Source: Octopus vulgaris (lineage: Eukaryota). From it: a stretch of DNA of 62,000 bases. The notes under the pieces were generated by a model. It was not told the DNA's origin, did no database searches, and saw nothing but the letters and a program-made list of their open reading frames with translations. Location of the stretch: positions 102,258,001 through 102,320,000 of the forward strand of contig OX597821.1 in NCBI GenBank assembly GCA_951406725.2, read 5' to 3'. Shown here piece after piece: positions 26,351 through 39,729 of the stretch (the stretch's first letter is position 1; each line of letters begins with the position of its first letter). The translations under genes were made by a program, and so were the position numbers.

Positions 26351-28329
26351 AAATTCCTTCCTTTTATCTTAATTTCTTCTTCTTCATAATACTTTACACT
26401 AAGTGGCTTTTCACCTTGTTTGAGACTTTCAATTAAAAAGAAAAAGGAAGAAAGAAAGAAAAAGAGGTTATGATTGTTGTCTTCTCTCCTGATTAAAAGA
26501 TGAAGAAAGTAAAAACAAACAAAGAAAACTGTTTATTTTACCAATTATATCGTTTGTTCTTCACCTATTTTACCTGCCTGGTTATAAGCCTTTTCACAAT
26601 TTTAGAATTGAATGACTTTGACAAAGATTATTTTCTTTATTCAAAGATATTTGTTTACAGCTTCTGTATCATTGTCATTGTTGTAGCTGAGTTCCAGTTG
26701 TCAACTTTGATTGAACAGAGCTATGATCAAAGCACAGAATGTAGCATTTAATCCCTTCTTTGTTACAAGGTATAATGCTGTCACTAGAACTACCACATGT
26801 ACTTGTGTATAAGTCATATCTCCTCATTTACTTTTAAATCTTGATTCAAAATTTTCTCCCTTCATAGTTTTAGCTTTGCTCCATATATAAGTTACACACT
26901 ATTTTTTCCAGTTAAGCCGAAACATAAAATAGCGTGGTTTATACATGAGTAAATATTTTACATCATCCTGGCAAATTGTTCTTCTCTTTTTAAAACTGTG
27001 GTGTGCTGCTTGAGAGGTAAATATACCTGCTGTTTCTAGTTGGTCAAGAAACCATGTTGATGAACCCCTTGCTTCCTCTTTGGATTGTTTACACATGTTT
27101 TGAATGCCACAAGCAGTGTTCAGTGAACACTTATTTGTATTGGCCAGCTCAGTTTCATAGACATTCATTTACATAGCAACAGGAGACAACCAACAGGCAA
27201 AGACACTTAGAAACCAATTGTGTTTTTTGATTTTTGTAAATTAAAACTATTAAATGCTTTAATAACCAGGACAAATAATACAGACAGTGGGAGATTTATG
27301 TAGATAATAGGAAATTTGTAGGGATGATGACCACATGTACCAACAATGTGTGGTTCCAGCTGTGTTCACAACAATCTATGGCTCCAGTTTCAATTTCAGG
27401 GTAGGGTAATTTGGAAGACTATCTTCCATCATAGCCATGAGATCATTAATACTGTGTAAGTGGAATTTAGTTGATGAAAACTGTATGGAAGCCTGTCATA
27501 TGTGTGTATGTGTGTGTGTGTGTATATCTTTCATCTTTTGGCTTTTACTTGTTTCAGTCATTACACTGTGGCCATGCTGGGGCACCACCTTGAAGAATTT
27601 TAGTTAATCGAATCAACCCCAGTACTTGGTTTTTTAAAGCCTGGTACTTATTCACTCAGTGCCTTTTGCTGAACTGCTAAACATACAAACACTGGTTGTC
27701 ATAGCGTTTATGGGGAGACAAATACACACACACACACACAAAGTTGACTATAACTTCCAGAAATAGGCTTCTCAAGCTATGACTCTTTGATAAGCCCTCC
27801 TTGACAAAACTTAGAAGTCACAGTCAAAGTTTAAGAAATAAATAAATATTTGATCCTACTTCATGTATTGAGTTCTTTCTCCAGTTAATGATGTTCTAAG
27901 TCATTTAGAAAACACTACTACTACTACTACAACGTGTGTATTTAGGCATATAGTGTACTATGTTATCTGCATGTCTAGTTGAGTTATCTAACTTTACTCT
28001 AATGTTTATTTTACATTTCGTATGTAGGGGAAAGGATAGAGTATATACCAGACAAAAGCAAGGTTGATACAGCCAATTGAAAATCTTGAGGACAGACAAT
28101 TGTGCTCCAGTCTGGTCACAATCAAATAAATGATAGAAATAAAAGAAGGATAGGAAATTCACGTAGACATTAAGGAATAGAGATAAAGAAATGATCAAAG
28201 CTCCCAGTGTGAGGTTGAATAATAATTCACATTTCCTGTTTAACTCCTTGCTGATATCTACCTAGCAATCTAATCAATTTTGTTTGTAACTTAATAAATA
28301 CAACAGTCTTTGTAAGGCAAAGTGGGTTA

Positions 28330-28720
28330 TTGATGTGTGATGTAACACATATGCTCATGAACATCGACCAACAGTGGGAGTGGATAGGCTCTATGTCAAG
28401 AGTGGGGTCACTTCGTCCCCCAGGTGAATTGAAATTTGAAGCCAGACTGCTAATGAAGTTCTCTAGAGACTCATATAGAAAACTGAAGACCAAAGCAATA
28501 TGTTGATATAAATTAGATACCTAGGAATCTCACTGCATTAGTACAAAGATCAAACTCCGGCTGCTATTGAGCATCGTCTTCTCTAACCGTCTTTATAGCT
28601 GTGAGTCATGGCCTCTCTGACACTAGAGAGGAAATTGAACATCTGGCAAAGATGTTTGCATGAGATACACCACATTTCATACAGAGACTGTGTCACTAAC
28701 CTGAAGTAACAAGACCTGGA
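28330..28720 (+). mobile_element. RTE-clade LINE RT fragment
   Basis: KLRLLLSIVFSNRLYSCESW..ERKLNIW.RCL..I.HISYRDCVTN. Confidence 0.7.
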
Positions 28721-29218
28721 TTTTCATGTAAGCTTAGTCAGTTGGTGGCCAGCAAGAGCATGAACTATCCGAGGATGGATCCTTCCACCTTCCATGCTAG
28801 TGTACCCAGTGGTGTTTGCAGAGTCCCAGGAAGAAAGGGCATCCAAAGAAGAAATGGCTGGCAGTAGTAAAAAAAAGAAAAGATGTTGTAAGTGATGGCA
28901 AGAGTTGGGATGAAACTTGGGACCTGGCACTTGACAGAAATGCCCAGAAGGCTCTGCTTGCCCAATGTTTGGTGCATATAAAAAATGATGAAATGAATGC
29001 AAATTTTCTAAAAAAAATATTTGTTAGCTTAAATGCAGTGCTCCAGCATGGCCACAGTCAAATGACTGAAACAAGTAGAAGAGTAAAAGAGGGTGAATTG
29101 TACTAAGAAATAAAAGTAAGGAAAATGTGCAGAAATTTAATGTTGGAAAAAAAATATACATATATATTTTCCAACATAAAATTTCTATGCATTTTCATTT
29201 TTTTTTTACTACATACAT

Positions 29219-29289
<71 letters not shown>

Positions 29290-30979
29290 AATACATATAT
29301 TGCCTGGCATTTTGTCATTTATGATGACGAGTGTTCCAATATTTTTGATCAACAGAGCAGCCAGCTGCTCATAGAATTAACATGCAAGTGGCTGAGCACT
29401 CCACAGACACATGTACCCTTAACTTAGTTCTCAGGGAGATTCAGAATGGGACAAGGCTGGCCTTTTGAAATGCAGGTACAACTCAATTTTGGTAGCTGAG
29501 TGGACTGCCAATATAGTGTCTTGTCTAAGGATACAACATGTCACCAGGAATTGAACTCATGACCTTACAATTGTGGGCCAAATACCCTAATCATAAAGCC
29601 ATTTAAATGTACTGCTTAATGTTCGGTTATTTGATAATCAGTGTGAAAACTGATGGCTAAGATCTGTTGCAATGGATCTCTAATACTGCATACTTTGATG
29701 TATATACATATATTCACACACACACATACATGTACACAGGTGTATGCATAATTATATATATGCGTGTGTGTGTGTGTGTGTGTGTGTGTACATATGTTTT
29801 CACACATTTCCACTATTTACTTCTTTGTTTCTCTTCCTCTTGAAATCCCTTTTTTCCCTTTCAGTGACAAGTGTATGTTTGTCTATCACTTTACTTATGT
29901 TGTAGTTGTTATTATCATTATCATTAACATCATTATCATAATCATTATTATTAATATGTTTTGTTTCTTTCATTTCTTGTTCCTTTCTTTCTTTGTTATT
30001 TTTTTTTTTATTTCATTTCTATCTTTTTCTCTCTTTTTTTAATTTTTCCTTTTTTTTTTTTTAATGACTGATTAGAAAATATTGAGACAGCTTTAAACTC
30101 TGCTATACTCAGACCAAAGGTTTCATTGTAACCAAGGATATAATTACACACACACACACACACACGTGCATACACACGACATACATATAGTTTCATACAC
30201 ATATACATACTTACATATACACACACACATACATATAAATGTATATATATATATATATATATACACACATAGAACACACACACATACATACATATAAATA
30301 TATATATATATATACAAAGAACCCAGACTTTTATACACACATATACACACACACACATATACACATATACATACACTCATATACACAAACACATGCACAT
30401 GCACACACTCAGACAGACAGACAGACAAGCATATATTCCCAACGGATTGTTTGTTGTTCTGTTTGTACAAGAGCAATCAATTGATCGTATAAAGAATATA
30501 GTTAGTATGATGTTTAACAACAGTTACTCAAAATCTGTTTCAGTCCCTTCCAGTAACAACAACAACAACAACAACAACAACTGCAACGACAACATACAAA
30601 GAAACAAACAAACACATCAGAAATAGAGGTTAGTGCTTGCTGCTGCATCTCGTCGAATAGTTTATGATGATGCGCAACAAGAAGACAGAGAATAAGATGT
30701 CACGTCGCAGGAGTTTGCGAAGAAACAAAATTGTGCTGAATACATACAGTAACAACGGCAAGAAGAACATGAATAAAAATGTCACCAACGAGAAAAACAA
30801 TGGTAGCAAGAAGCACCACCACAACAATGATGGCAACAACAATACCACTACGACCACCACCACTGCCACCACAAACAACAACAATAACAACAACATTGAT
30901 GAAAGTAAGATTCACAATCTTTTACCTGGGTTTTATGACAAAACCAAATCAACCGAACATGTGGAAAAATACAGGTAAC

Positions 30980-31036
<57 letters not shown>

Positions 31037-31054
31037 TATTATCATTATCATTAT

Positions 31055-31290
31055 GAAGGCGGCAAGCTGGCAGAATCATTAGAACACCAGGCGAAATGCT
31101 TAGCGGTATTTCGTATGCCGTTACATTCTGAGTTCAAATTCCGCCGAGGTCGACTTTGCCTTTCATCCTTTCAGGGTCGATAAATTAAGTACCAGTTATG
31201 CACTGGGGTCGATCTAATCAACTTAATCCGTTTGTCTGTCCTTGTTTGTCCCCTCTATGTTTAGCCCCTTGTGGGCAATAAAGAAATAAG
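31055..31290 (+). mobile_element. SINE family B, full length
   Basis: ggcggcaagctggcagaatc head through gtttgtcccctctatgtttagccccttgtgggcaataaagaaa tail. Confidence 0.88.
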
Positions 31291-32258
31291 AATCATTAGC
31301 ATGTTTGACAGAATGCTTAGAAACATTTCATCCATTCTTATGTCCTGAGTTCAAATTCTGCTGAGGTCGACTTTGCATTTCATCCTTTTGGGGTCGATGA
31401 AATAAGTAACTGACTAGCTCCTTCCCCCAAAGTTTCAGGCCTTATGCCAATAATAGAAAGAATTATTATTATTGTTGTTGTTATTGTTATTATTTATTTA
31501 TTCACTTAACTAACCATCTGATAAGAGTACACCAGGCACATGCATCACAACCATGTGTGCACAAAATGGTGATCTCATACCAAGAGAAACAACGCATAAC
31601 CTTGCAGGTGGGGCCCAGCTAGAATTTTCTTCAGATTAAGTAGCCCACCCTGCTCAAAAGGTCCCTCGATAAGGGTTGTTTAAGAATTTTGAATGAAACA
31701 TGCATGTTTTCAGAGGTGAATTATTCAAACCCCAAAGAATTGCCTTGATGTCTTTATCAGTTTGGATCGGCAAATCCATGCCAGCCAGTGGTGATTTCAG
31801 TCACTGGACTGGGGCCCCATTAGGGTAGACAGACAAAGTCATATAGGTTGTTGTCAAAATTATGTGATTGCATTAAGATCTTATGCACATGCGTTGTAGC
31901 TTTTTTAGTCTGTGGTTAATAATAAGAACCTTGGAATATACCCGATGGCTTTTCTTTGTGTCCTTTTTTTCCTACCGTATCAATTGATTCCATAATTATT
32001 ACATCTACTTTTCATTCTTGCATGGGTCAGATAGAATTAGTTACTCTCTTTTACTTGTTTCAGTCATTTGACTGCGGCCATGCTGGAGCATAACCTTTAG
32101 TTGAGTAAATCAACCCCAGATTTTATTCTTTGTAAGCCTAGTACTTATTCCATCTGTCTCTTTTGCTGAACCGCTAAGTTACAGGGACGTAAACACACCA
32201 GCATCGGATGTCAAGCGATGCTGGGGGGGGGCAAACAGACACACAGACATATACACAC

Positions 32259-32308
<50 letters not shown>

Positions 32309-32454
32309 CAAAAATGAGGGCAATGGAAAGAATTTCTAATGCCAAATATGCCGAAAAATTGGACATATTGTCCATTAACCATATAATTTTTTCACAATAC
32401 GCATGCTACTCGAAAAAAGGTCGACAGAAATTTCTAAAAAATTGAATTATTACC

Positions 32455-32509
32455 ATATCGGACCGATTTCAGAGTTAGCTACTAAGAGCCCTCTCTTCGT
32501 CAGTGATAC
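32455..32509 (-). ncRNA. Decayed type I hammerhead motif
   Basis: gtatca-CTGACGA-A-gag..ctc-t-GAAATCGGTC-cgatat. The ACCGGT palindrome reads ATCGGT. Confidence 0.5.
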
Positions 32510-32669
32510 ATGTGGCAAAAGAAATAAATGAGATACTTACTCATACCCATTGAAGAAGCAAATACTAAGTCATGGGCACAACTAAGTACCCCAAATACAT
32601 CCAAAATAGAAATACTCCAGCCCATTCGAGGCACATTCTGTTTCAAAAAGAATTTTATCCTCACATTTG

Positions 32670-32702
<33 letters not shown>

Positions 32703-32972
32703 GGGAGTAAATCCAAATTTACAGGGAAAAATTAGACTTAGGATTAAATCTAATTTCACAGTATAAATATAAATTAAATTAGAGATAAAACCACTATTAG
32801 GCAAATCAAACAGTGAAAAACATAAACCAAAACATAAAAATAAAAATAATTAATATAATTTACAAAATATATAAAATTTATAATTTCAATTATTTAAATA
32901 TAAAATTATTAATTTATATTTATATTTATATTTATATATTTTTTTAAAAATAATTATATATAACTATCAAAA

Positions 32973-33032
32973 AGTATAAAAAGTTTATTATAAGATATGG
33001 CTTTACTTATCTTATAATAAACTTTTTATACT
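32973..33032. repeat. Perfect 25-bp inverted repeat with 10-nt loop
   Basis: agtataaaaagtttattataagata / tatcttataataaactttttatact, checked base by base. Confidence 0.9.
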
Positions 33033-33205
33033 ATTTTTACTTTTGTTATGTTACGATTATATTATACTTTAGTTTGATTTTAATTATTACTTACTATATA
33101 TAATTCAATTGTTATTATTATCTCTAATTTTTATTGTTATAGTGAAAGTATCTGACATAAAATAGAGAAATGGTTTTGTTTCACTTTTAACATGTAATAC
33201 TGAAA

Positions 33206-33540
33206 TAGTGGAGAAGATATGATATTGCTATGGGCTCACTCTAGGCAAGAAGTTGAACATTTTTTTTGCCCATGAAACTACATGGACTCTAAGTAAGGCA
33301 TGTGTAAAATTTAAATGAAATTGGTTGTGTAGTTCTCAAGTATTAGGGAATCGTAGTGGAGAAGATATGATATTGCTGTGGGCTCGCCCTAGGCAAAAAG
33401 TTCAAAATGACACTCCCCGGACCTTAAGTAAGGCATGTAGAAAATTTGAATGAAATTTGTTGTGTAGTTCTCAAGTTTTAGGGAAACACACAGACAGACA
33501 GACAGACAGACACACATTCTCAGTTTTATATATAGAGAGA
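33206..33540 (+). mobile_element. Helentron/HINE (DINE-1-like) non-autonomous element with a tandem ~148-bp core
   Basis: tagtggagaagatatgatattgct at 33206 and 33354, then (GACA)n and a ttttatatatagag end, which is the typical HINE layout. Confidence 0.55.
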
Positions 33541-34435
33541 TACATACATATACGATGGGTTTCTTCCAGTTTCCGTCTACCAAATCCACTCACAAGGCTT
33601 TGGTCAGCCCGAGACTATAGTAGAAGACACTTGCCCAAGGCACCATGCAGTGGGACTGAACCAGGGACCATGTGGTTGGTAAGCAAGCTACTTACCACAC
33701 AGCCATTTTTTAAGGCTGGATGTCCTTCTAGTAGCCAACCTTTACCTGTTGCAGGAAATATTTTCTCATGGGTGGGCATATTTTCATGGAATACTTGAAA
33801 TGAAGGACACAGCTTATACGGTGGTGATACTCATTTACGGTTATCATGTAATCTCAAGACAAATATGTATACATACACAGGCTATGAGCTTCTTTCAGTT
33901 TCTCTCAATCAAATCCACTTACAAGGTTTTGGTTGACCTTAGGCTGTTGTAGAAGACATTTGCCCAGTGGAACTGACCCCTAAACCATATGGCTGGGAAG
34001 CAATCTTCTTTACCACACAGTCATGCCTGCATCAAAAATTGTAAAGTACCAAACATGGAAAGCTAAATTTAAAAGGTCCAACTTGTACTGTCTTATTCTT
34101 TGACCTTTCTTCATTCCAGTTCAGGATCCTTGCATTTTGATAAATCTTCACCTTGTTTGGAGATGATGTTTTGGTAGGAAGAGATCAAGATGTCTATCAA
34201 AGTATACACATTTTGTACATAGAGTAAATGTGTTCGAAAGTTGTGTGTGTGTTTTGTTCCCAAAACAGCACTTCTTTTAGTGCTGCTGACACCGCCAGAT
34301 TGAATGGTACTGCCCAGGTGTCAAAACCATAATGATATCCGTGGGGCAGCTGATGATGGAGGTATGCTGGATTGTTGGTATAGCTATTTTTGTATATGTG
34401 GAATAGTGTTATAATACATCCTTTTGATATATGTT

Positions 34436-34653
34436 TACAAGAGAGTGCTGAAAAGTTCCTGGCTTTAGGTAAAAGAAAATACATGAGGATCCATTAATTA
34501 TGATTTTATGCAACATATTCCCCTCAGATTAATACATCTATTGCTGCGGTCCTTCAGTTTTTCTAAGCCCTGTAAAATAACTTGAGAGGTTGGGCTTCCA
34601 ACCAGGCCTTTCACGATACCCTTAAAACTAGGAACTTTTCAGCATCCCCACTT
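34436..34653. mobile_element. Tc1/mariner-type MITE
   Basis: TIRs gtgctgaaaagttcctggcttt ... aaaactaggaacttttcagcat. Confidence 0.75.
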
Positions 34654-35374
34654 TATTATAAGTATTTGTGTTTGTCCTCCACCAGTGCTTGACAACCAGT
34701 GCTGGTATGTTTACATCCCTGTTCCTTCGCAGTTTAGCACAAGAGACAAATAGAGTAAGTACCAAGTTTAAAATAACTGAAACAAGTTAAAAGTTAAAAG
34801 GATCCTTTAATCTTTGTCAGCATGGGCAGACAACATATTTCAAAACTATTGTTTCTCTACAATTGTAAAACAAGGAATTGTTGCGTGTTTATATAACTTA
34901 TTTTCTATTTCTCATTTGATATTTCCAACCTATTTTTCCAATGTGCACAGCAAACAATCAATCAAGCTGGTGAACATATACTTTTTTATTCTCAAAGCTT
35001 CAACAGATATAAATGAGACAGATTATTGCTTCTTGGTTTTACAATGTAGATTGTAGTTGACATTTGTCACTTCAGTTTTGTTGCTTTTGTAGTTCTTAAT
35101 GGCTTGGCATTGACTTAGTTAAGCTAAACTAAGGATTTCTGTCTCTGCTTTTGATTGTGAGATTGCAGACCATTGTTGGCTTAAATATGGGTTTGCTTTT
35201 GTTCTGTCTAGTGTTGTTAGATACTAGGAGTGGGGTTTTATTTTATTATTTTTTTCTCTTTAGTAGAGAGAATGAGAGCGAAAGAAAAAGAGAGAGAGAG
35301 AAAAGTACTTGTAGAATTTGGTGAGGATGAGGATGGAATCAGCTTAGAAAGAAACATGAGAAATAATATTTAAT

Positions 35375-35416
<42 letters not shown>

Positions 35417-35434
35417 TTGTCGTAGTCGTCATCA

Positions 35435-36060
35435 TCATTTAACATCCATTTTTCATGCCAATATCGGTTTGATGGTTTCACAGGAGCTGACAAGGTGAGA
35501 AGCTGCACCAAGTTCCATTGTCTGTTTTGGTATGGTATCTACAGATGGATGTCCTTCCTAAATCCAGCTATCAAGTGCTTTTTATGTGGCATCAGCACCT
35601 ATGCTTTTACATTATATACATATATAATATCAAAATCAAAATGGAAATAGTAGTTGTGGCCAATGCCAGTGCTGTCTGACTGGTGCCTATGCTGGTGGCA
35701 CGTAATAAGCACCATTCAAGCATAAATCAATGCTAGTGCTGCCTGACTGGCTCCCCTTGCCAGTGGTACATAAAAAGCACCATCTGAACATGGTCAATGC
35801 CAGCACCCTCCGACTGGCTCCTGTGCACCATCCATATGTGGTTGATGCCAGTGCCGCCTGACTGGCTTCCGTGTTGATGGCACATAAAAAGCACCCACTA
35901 CACTCTCAGAGTGGTTGTTGTTAGGAAGGGCATCCAACTGTAGAAACCTTGCCAGATGAGATTGGAGCCTGGTGCAGCCTACTGGCTTGCCAGTCCTCAT
36001 CAAACCGTCCAAACCATGCCACCATGAAAAACAGACGTCAAAAAATGATGATGAGGAGGA
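35435..36060. mobile_element. Family C elements in opposite orientations with hairpin-unit array
   Basis: A minus-strand 3' module at 35435-35580 and plus-strand units with 3' module at 35660-36060. Confidence 0.7.
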
Positions 36061-36200
36061 GGAGGATATATATTTAGAGAATGTTAATTATGGTTGGTTC
36101 ATAGGGTTACCCTGAGTTTCATGTCCATAAACCGCTTAGCTTTACATATGTCTCATCAGACCCTAATGGTCAGTGGCCTATGCATGTATGCTATATATGT

Positions 36201-36258
<58 letters not shown>

Positions 36259-36274
36259 ATAACACATGAGGGAA

Positions 36275-36676
36275 AGACAAAATGGAATTCACAAGATTCT
36301 TTATTAATCATTACAGTTGTTTTGACCCACCATGCATAAGTCCTTTGTGGGTCAGATTCTATACAACTGGTTGTAGTGCATCATTCAGTGCAGATGAGCC
36401 TCATCAGGTGACCATTCAAAAGCTACCTTATTCCATAAACTCAGTTTCACTTATTTCAATTATAATACATTTTGTTGTTTGCCTGTAGCTGGTTGTGTAC
36501 AGGGGAGGTCAAGATATAGAATGACCTTTTGAAAGGTCACCTGATAAGGTACATCTGCACCAAATGATGCATCATAACCAGTTGTACAGAATTTCACCCA
36601 AGAGGGACCAAGGCATGATGGGTTGAAACAATCGTAGTGATTAATAAAGAGTCTCATGAATTCCATTTTCTCTTCA
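36275..36676. repeat. Inverted pair of ~155-bp PLE pLTR-like copies, each with a decayed hammerhead
   Basis: 36275-36430 is the diverged reverse complement of 36520-36676. The plus copy reads tcac-CTGATAA..gggtt-GAA-ACAATCGT-A-gtga (36537-36640). Confidence 0.7.
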
Positions 36677-37695
36677 TTGCATATGTTATATGCTTGACAG
36701 ACATGAAGGATTTCCTGAAGTAAATCCAGTAGCACTTGTATATATACTGTTGATGACATCAGGTAGCTGAAGACAGAGAATATACTTTAAATGGCATACT
36801 ACCAGGTGTATACCCAAATTTAGAATTATTACTTATGTCCATATATATATTTGTATATATATAAATTAGAGAAAAACCACTATTATGTAATTCAAACAAT
36901 GATAGACATAAACCATATCATATAGAAAAAATAAATATATTATAAAACATATCTAGATCACAAAAAATACAAAATAATGAATAAATATTATATAATAAGT
37001 AAAAAGACTACATACGTATCGTGGCTATAACTTCAATTCAAATTATAATTAAATTTAAATTTAATCCAAACAACAATTCAATTTAAAAATATAGTCACTC
37101 CTCAGGTCAACAATACATACATACACAAATGCATTTATGCAAATTAATCTTGGTCATGAATATTCTCCATTCTTTTTGTACAAGTCTAAGTCCATTGTCT
37201 GCTGGAATCAAAGTAGGAGACAAATGCTGTGTTGATGATGTTTACATCCCTGTACATTTGCAGTTTGGCATAAGGGACCAATAGAATAAGTAGGCTTAAT
37301 ATGATAAAAAGTTCTGGGGTCGATTTGTTCAATTAAACCCTTCATGGCAATGTTCCAGCATGGCCATGGTCTAATATCTGGAACAAGTAAAAAATAAAAG
37401 ATCTATTTCTCTTATTCTTTTACTTGTTTCAGCCATTAGACTGCTGTGGCCATGCTGGATCACCACCTTGGAGTATTTTGTTTGAATGAATACTCATATT
37501 TTTAAGCCATTACCTATTATATCAGTCTCTTTGCTGAACCACTAGATTACAGGGATGTAAACACACCAACACCAGTTGTCAAGTGGCGGTGAGAGATAAA
37601 CACAGGCACAAAAACTCACACACACACACACATGAGTTTCTTCTAGTTGTCAAGCAATGTTGGTGGGGACAAACACAGACACACACACACATACA

Positions 37696-37765
<70 letters not shown>

Positions 37766-38008
37766 CATACATATACATATACATATATACGATGGGCTTT
37801 TTTCAGTTGCCGTCTACCAAATCCACTCACTAGATTTTAGTCAGCCTGAGGCTATAGTGGAAGGCACTTGTCCCAGGTGTCATGCAGTAGAACTGAACTT
37901 GAAACCATGTAATCACAAAACGAACTCTTAACCACACAACCATGCATGCACTTTTATAAAACTAATGATTTTTAATGAATGCTGTAATTTTGTCAATCTT
38001 TACCGAAG

Positions 38009-38334
38009 GACTCCAAGCAGTGCTGTGAGAATTGAATCAGAGACAAAACCCACAAATAATAATAATAGTAATAATAATAATAATAAAAATATTACGGATG
38101 TTGAATGTGAGGAATTCCCAGAAATGCTGCCATTTCCTACACCATCGAGGGCAGTAGTGTTATTGCAAGCTGCTCGAGCTTTTGAAGTGTTACAGCATCC
38201 AGATGACTGGCCCACTTCACTGGAATCTCATTTAGATGAAAACCTATTTGCGACCCACGACTTATCGGATCTTTCAGAGAAGAATGATCTAGAAATGCGA
38301 TTCATATTTGATCTGGCATATTCTGCCCTGAAAT
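38009..38334 (+). CDS. NSUN7: NSUN7-like NOL1/NOP2/Sun family protein, first recognisable coding exon
   Basis: ..PSRAVVLLQAARAFEV..MRFIFDLAYSALK aligns with the NSUN7 N-terminus (VYVMAANIF..LSYELAFSALKY). Branch-like actaat plus AG at 38008, donor GTAAGT at 38335. True start unresolved (upstream exon, or ATG at 38124). Confidence 0.8.
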
Positions 38335-38661
38335 GTAAGTGTTATTTTTTTTGTTTGTTTTTCATTTCGTGTGTGTGTGTGTATGTATGTGTGTGTGTGC
38401 ATGTGCATGCATGTGTGGGTGTATGCCTGCATGTGTGTGTTTTTGTGTTCATGTGTATCTGTGTGTGTGTGCATGTGTGCATATGTGTATGTGTGCTTTT
38501 CTGTGCATGTGTGTATGTGTGAGTGTCTTTTTATGTGCATGTATGTATGTATTTGCGCATATTTTTGTGTGTATGTATGTGTGTGTGTGTTTTTGTGTGC
38601 ATGTGAGTGTGTGTGTGCACATGCATGTGCGTGTATGTGTGTGAAGGTCCACTGCCTAGAT

Positions 38662-38901
38662 CAGTGGTTTCCAACCGGGGTTCACTTAACCTTTGGGGGT
38701 CAATATAAGATTTTGCTGTTAAAATTAATTTGCAATTTATTCTTCTACAATACACAAAATATCTCAATTTTCCTTTTAAACAAATCTTAATATTTAATTG
38801 TAAAAATACAGTAAAATTTCTTTTATATGAAGTGAATGGCTATGGAGGTCTACTATAGGAATCAAAGGGATCCATAGGCAAAAAATGGTTGAGAACCACT
38901 T
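38662..38901. mobile_element. hAT/Charlie-type MITE
   Basis: ctagat|cagtggtttccaacc ... ggttgagaaccact. Confidence 0.7.
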
Positions 38902-39419
38902 CCCAGAGGTCAGGGTGCTGCACTGACAATTGTAAGGTTGTGATTTCGATTCTCACACAGGGAATCTTAAGCCTTTAATGAAATTGTGTTGCTGACCAAG
39001 ACACTGCATTTCATAATGCTCCTGTCCATTCAGCTGTAAATATTTTCCAGCATAATTGGGAAGTTAACTCTGCAATGGACTGGCATCCAGTCCAGGGAGA
39101 TGTGCTGTAATCTCAGTCACTTATACAGCATGGAAATGGGGCTAACCTGTGGTCTTATGAATCCTACAGCTCAGAGTTTATTTTGGTCTTATGAATACTA
39201 CAGTGTGAAACAGAGTTTCTTTTAATAAGATACCTCTTGAAATCATCCGAGGAGACACATCTACACTGAGGGATACATCTAAACCAGTTGTGCCATATCC
39301 CACTCACAAGAAATCGATGCTAGATGGGTTGAAACAATTGTAGTGCGCAATAAAAATTCTCATATATTCCATCTTTCATCTGTCTCATTGATTACACATA
39401 CACACACACACATACACAT

Positions 39420-39575
39420 AAATTTATAAAACAAGAAGATGGAATGAACAGGCTTTAATCACAAATCCCAACAATTGTTTCTGTGTATTGGTAACAGTTG
39501 TTACTAATGCACAGAATCTATTGTTGAAATTTATGATTAAAGCCTGTTCATTCCATCTTCTTGTTTTATAAATTT
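39420..39575. repeat. 156-bp fold-back palindrome
   Basis: Outer 42 bp perfect. Inner 34 bp largely paired around a 4-nt loop (39496-39499). Confidence 0.9.
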
Positions 39576-39729
39576 TTATATGAATTCTGTGTACACTAAT
39601 GTATTTCTATGTATATAACCAGTAAAAGGAGAATTCCTGTTGCATGATGGCGTATGGTAGCTGATCACTGTAGAGGAGCTTTGAAATGCATGTCATAAGG
39701 TTATTGCCCTATAATTGAACCAAATTCGA

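Noticed and set aside
32700-33190. Very AT-rich hairpin-containing block as a mitochondrial control-region NUMT
   Set aside because: There are no mitochondrial genes or tRNAs adjacent, and the flank is repeated near 36800-36960 as a nuclear element.
37965-38008. ATG at 37965 as the NSUN7 start codon
   Set aside because: The segment looks like an intron 3' end (actaat branch-like motif, pyrimidines, AG). Not fully excluded.
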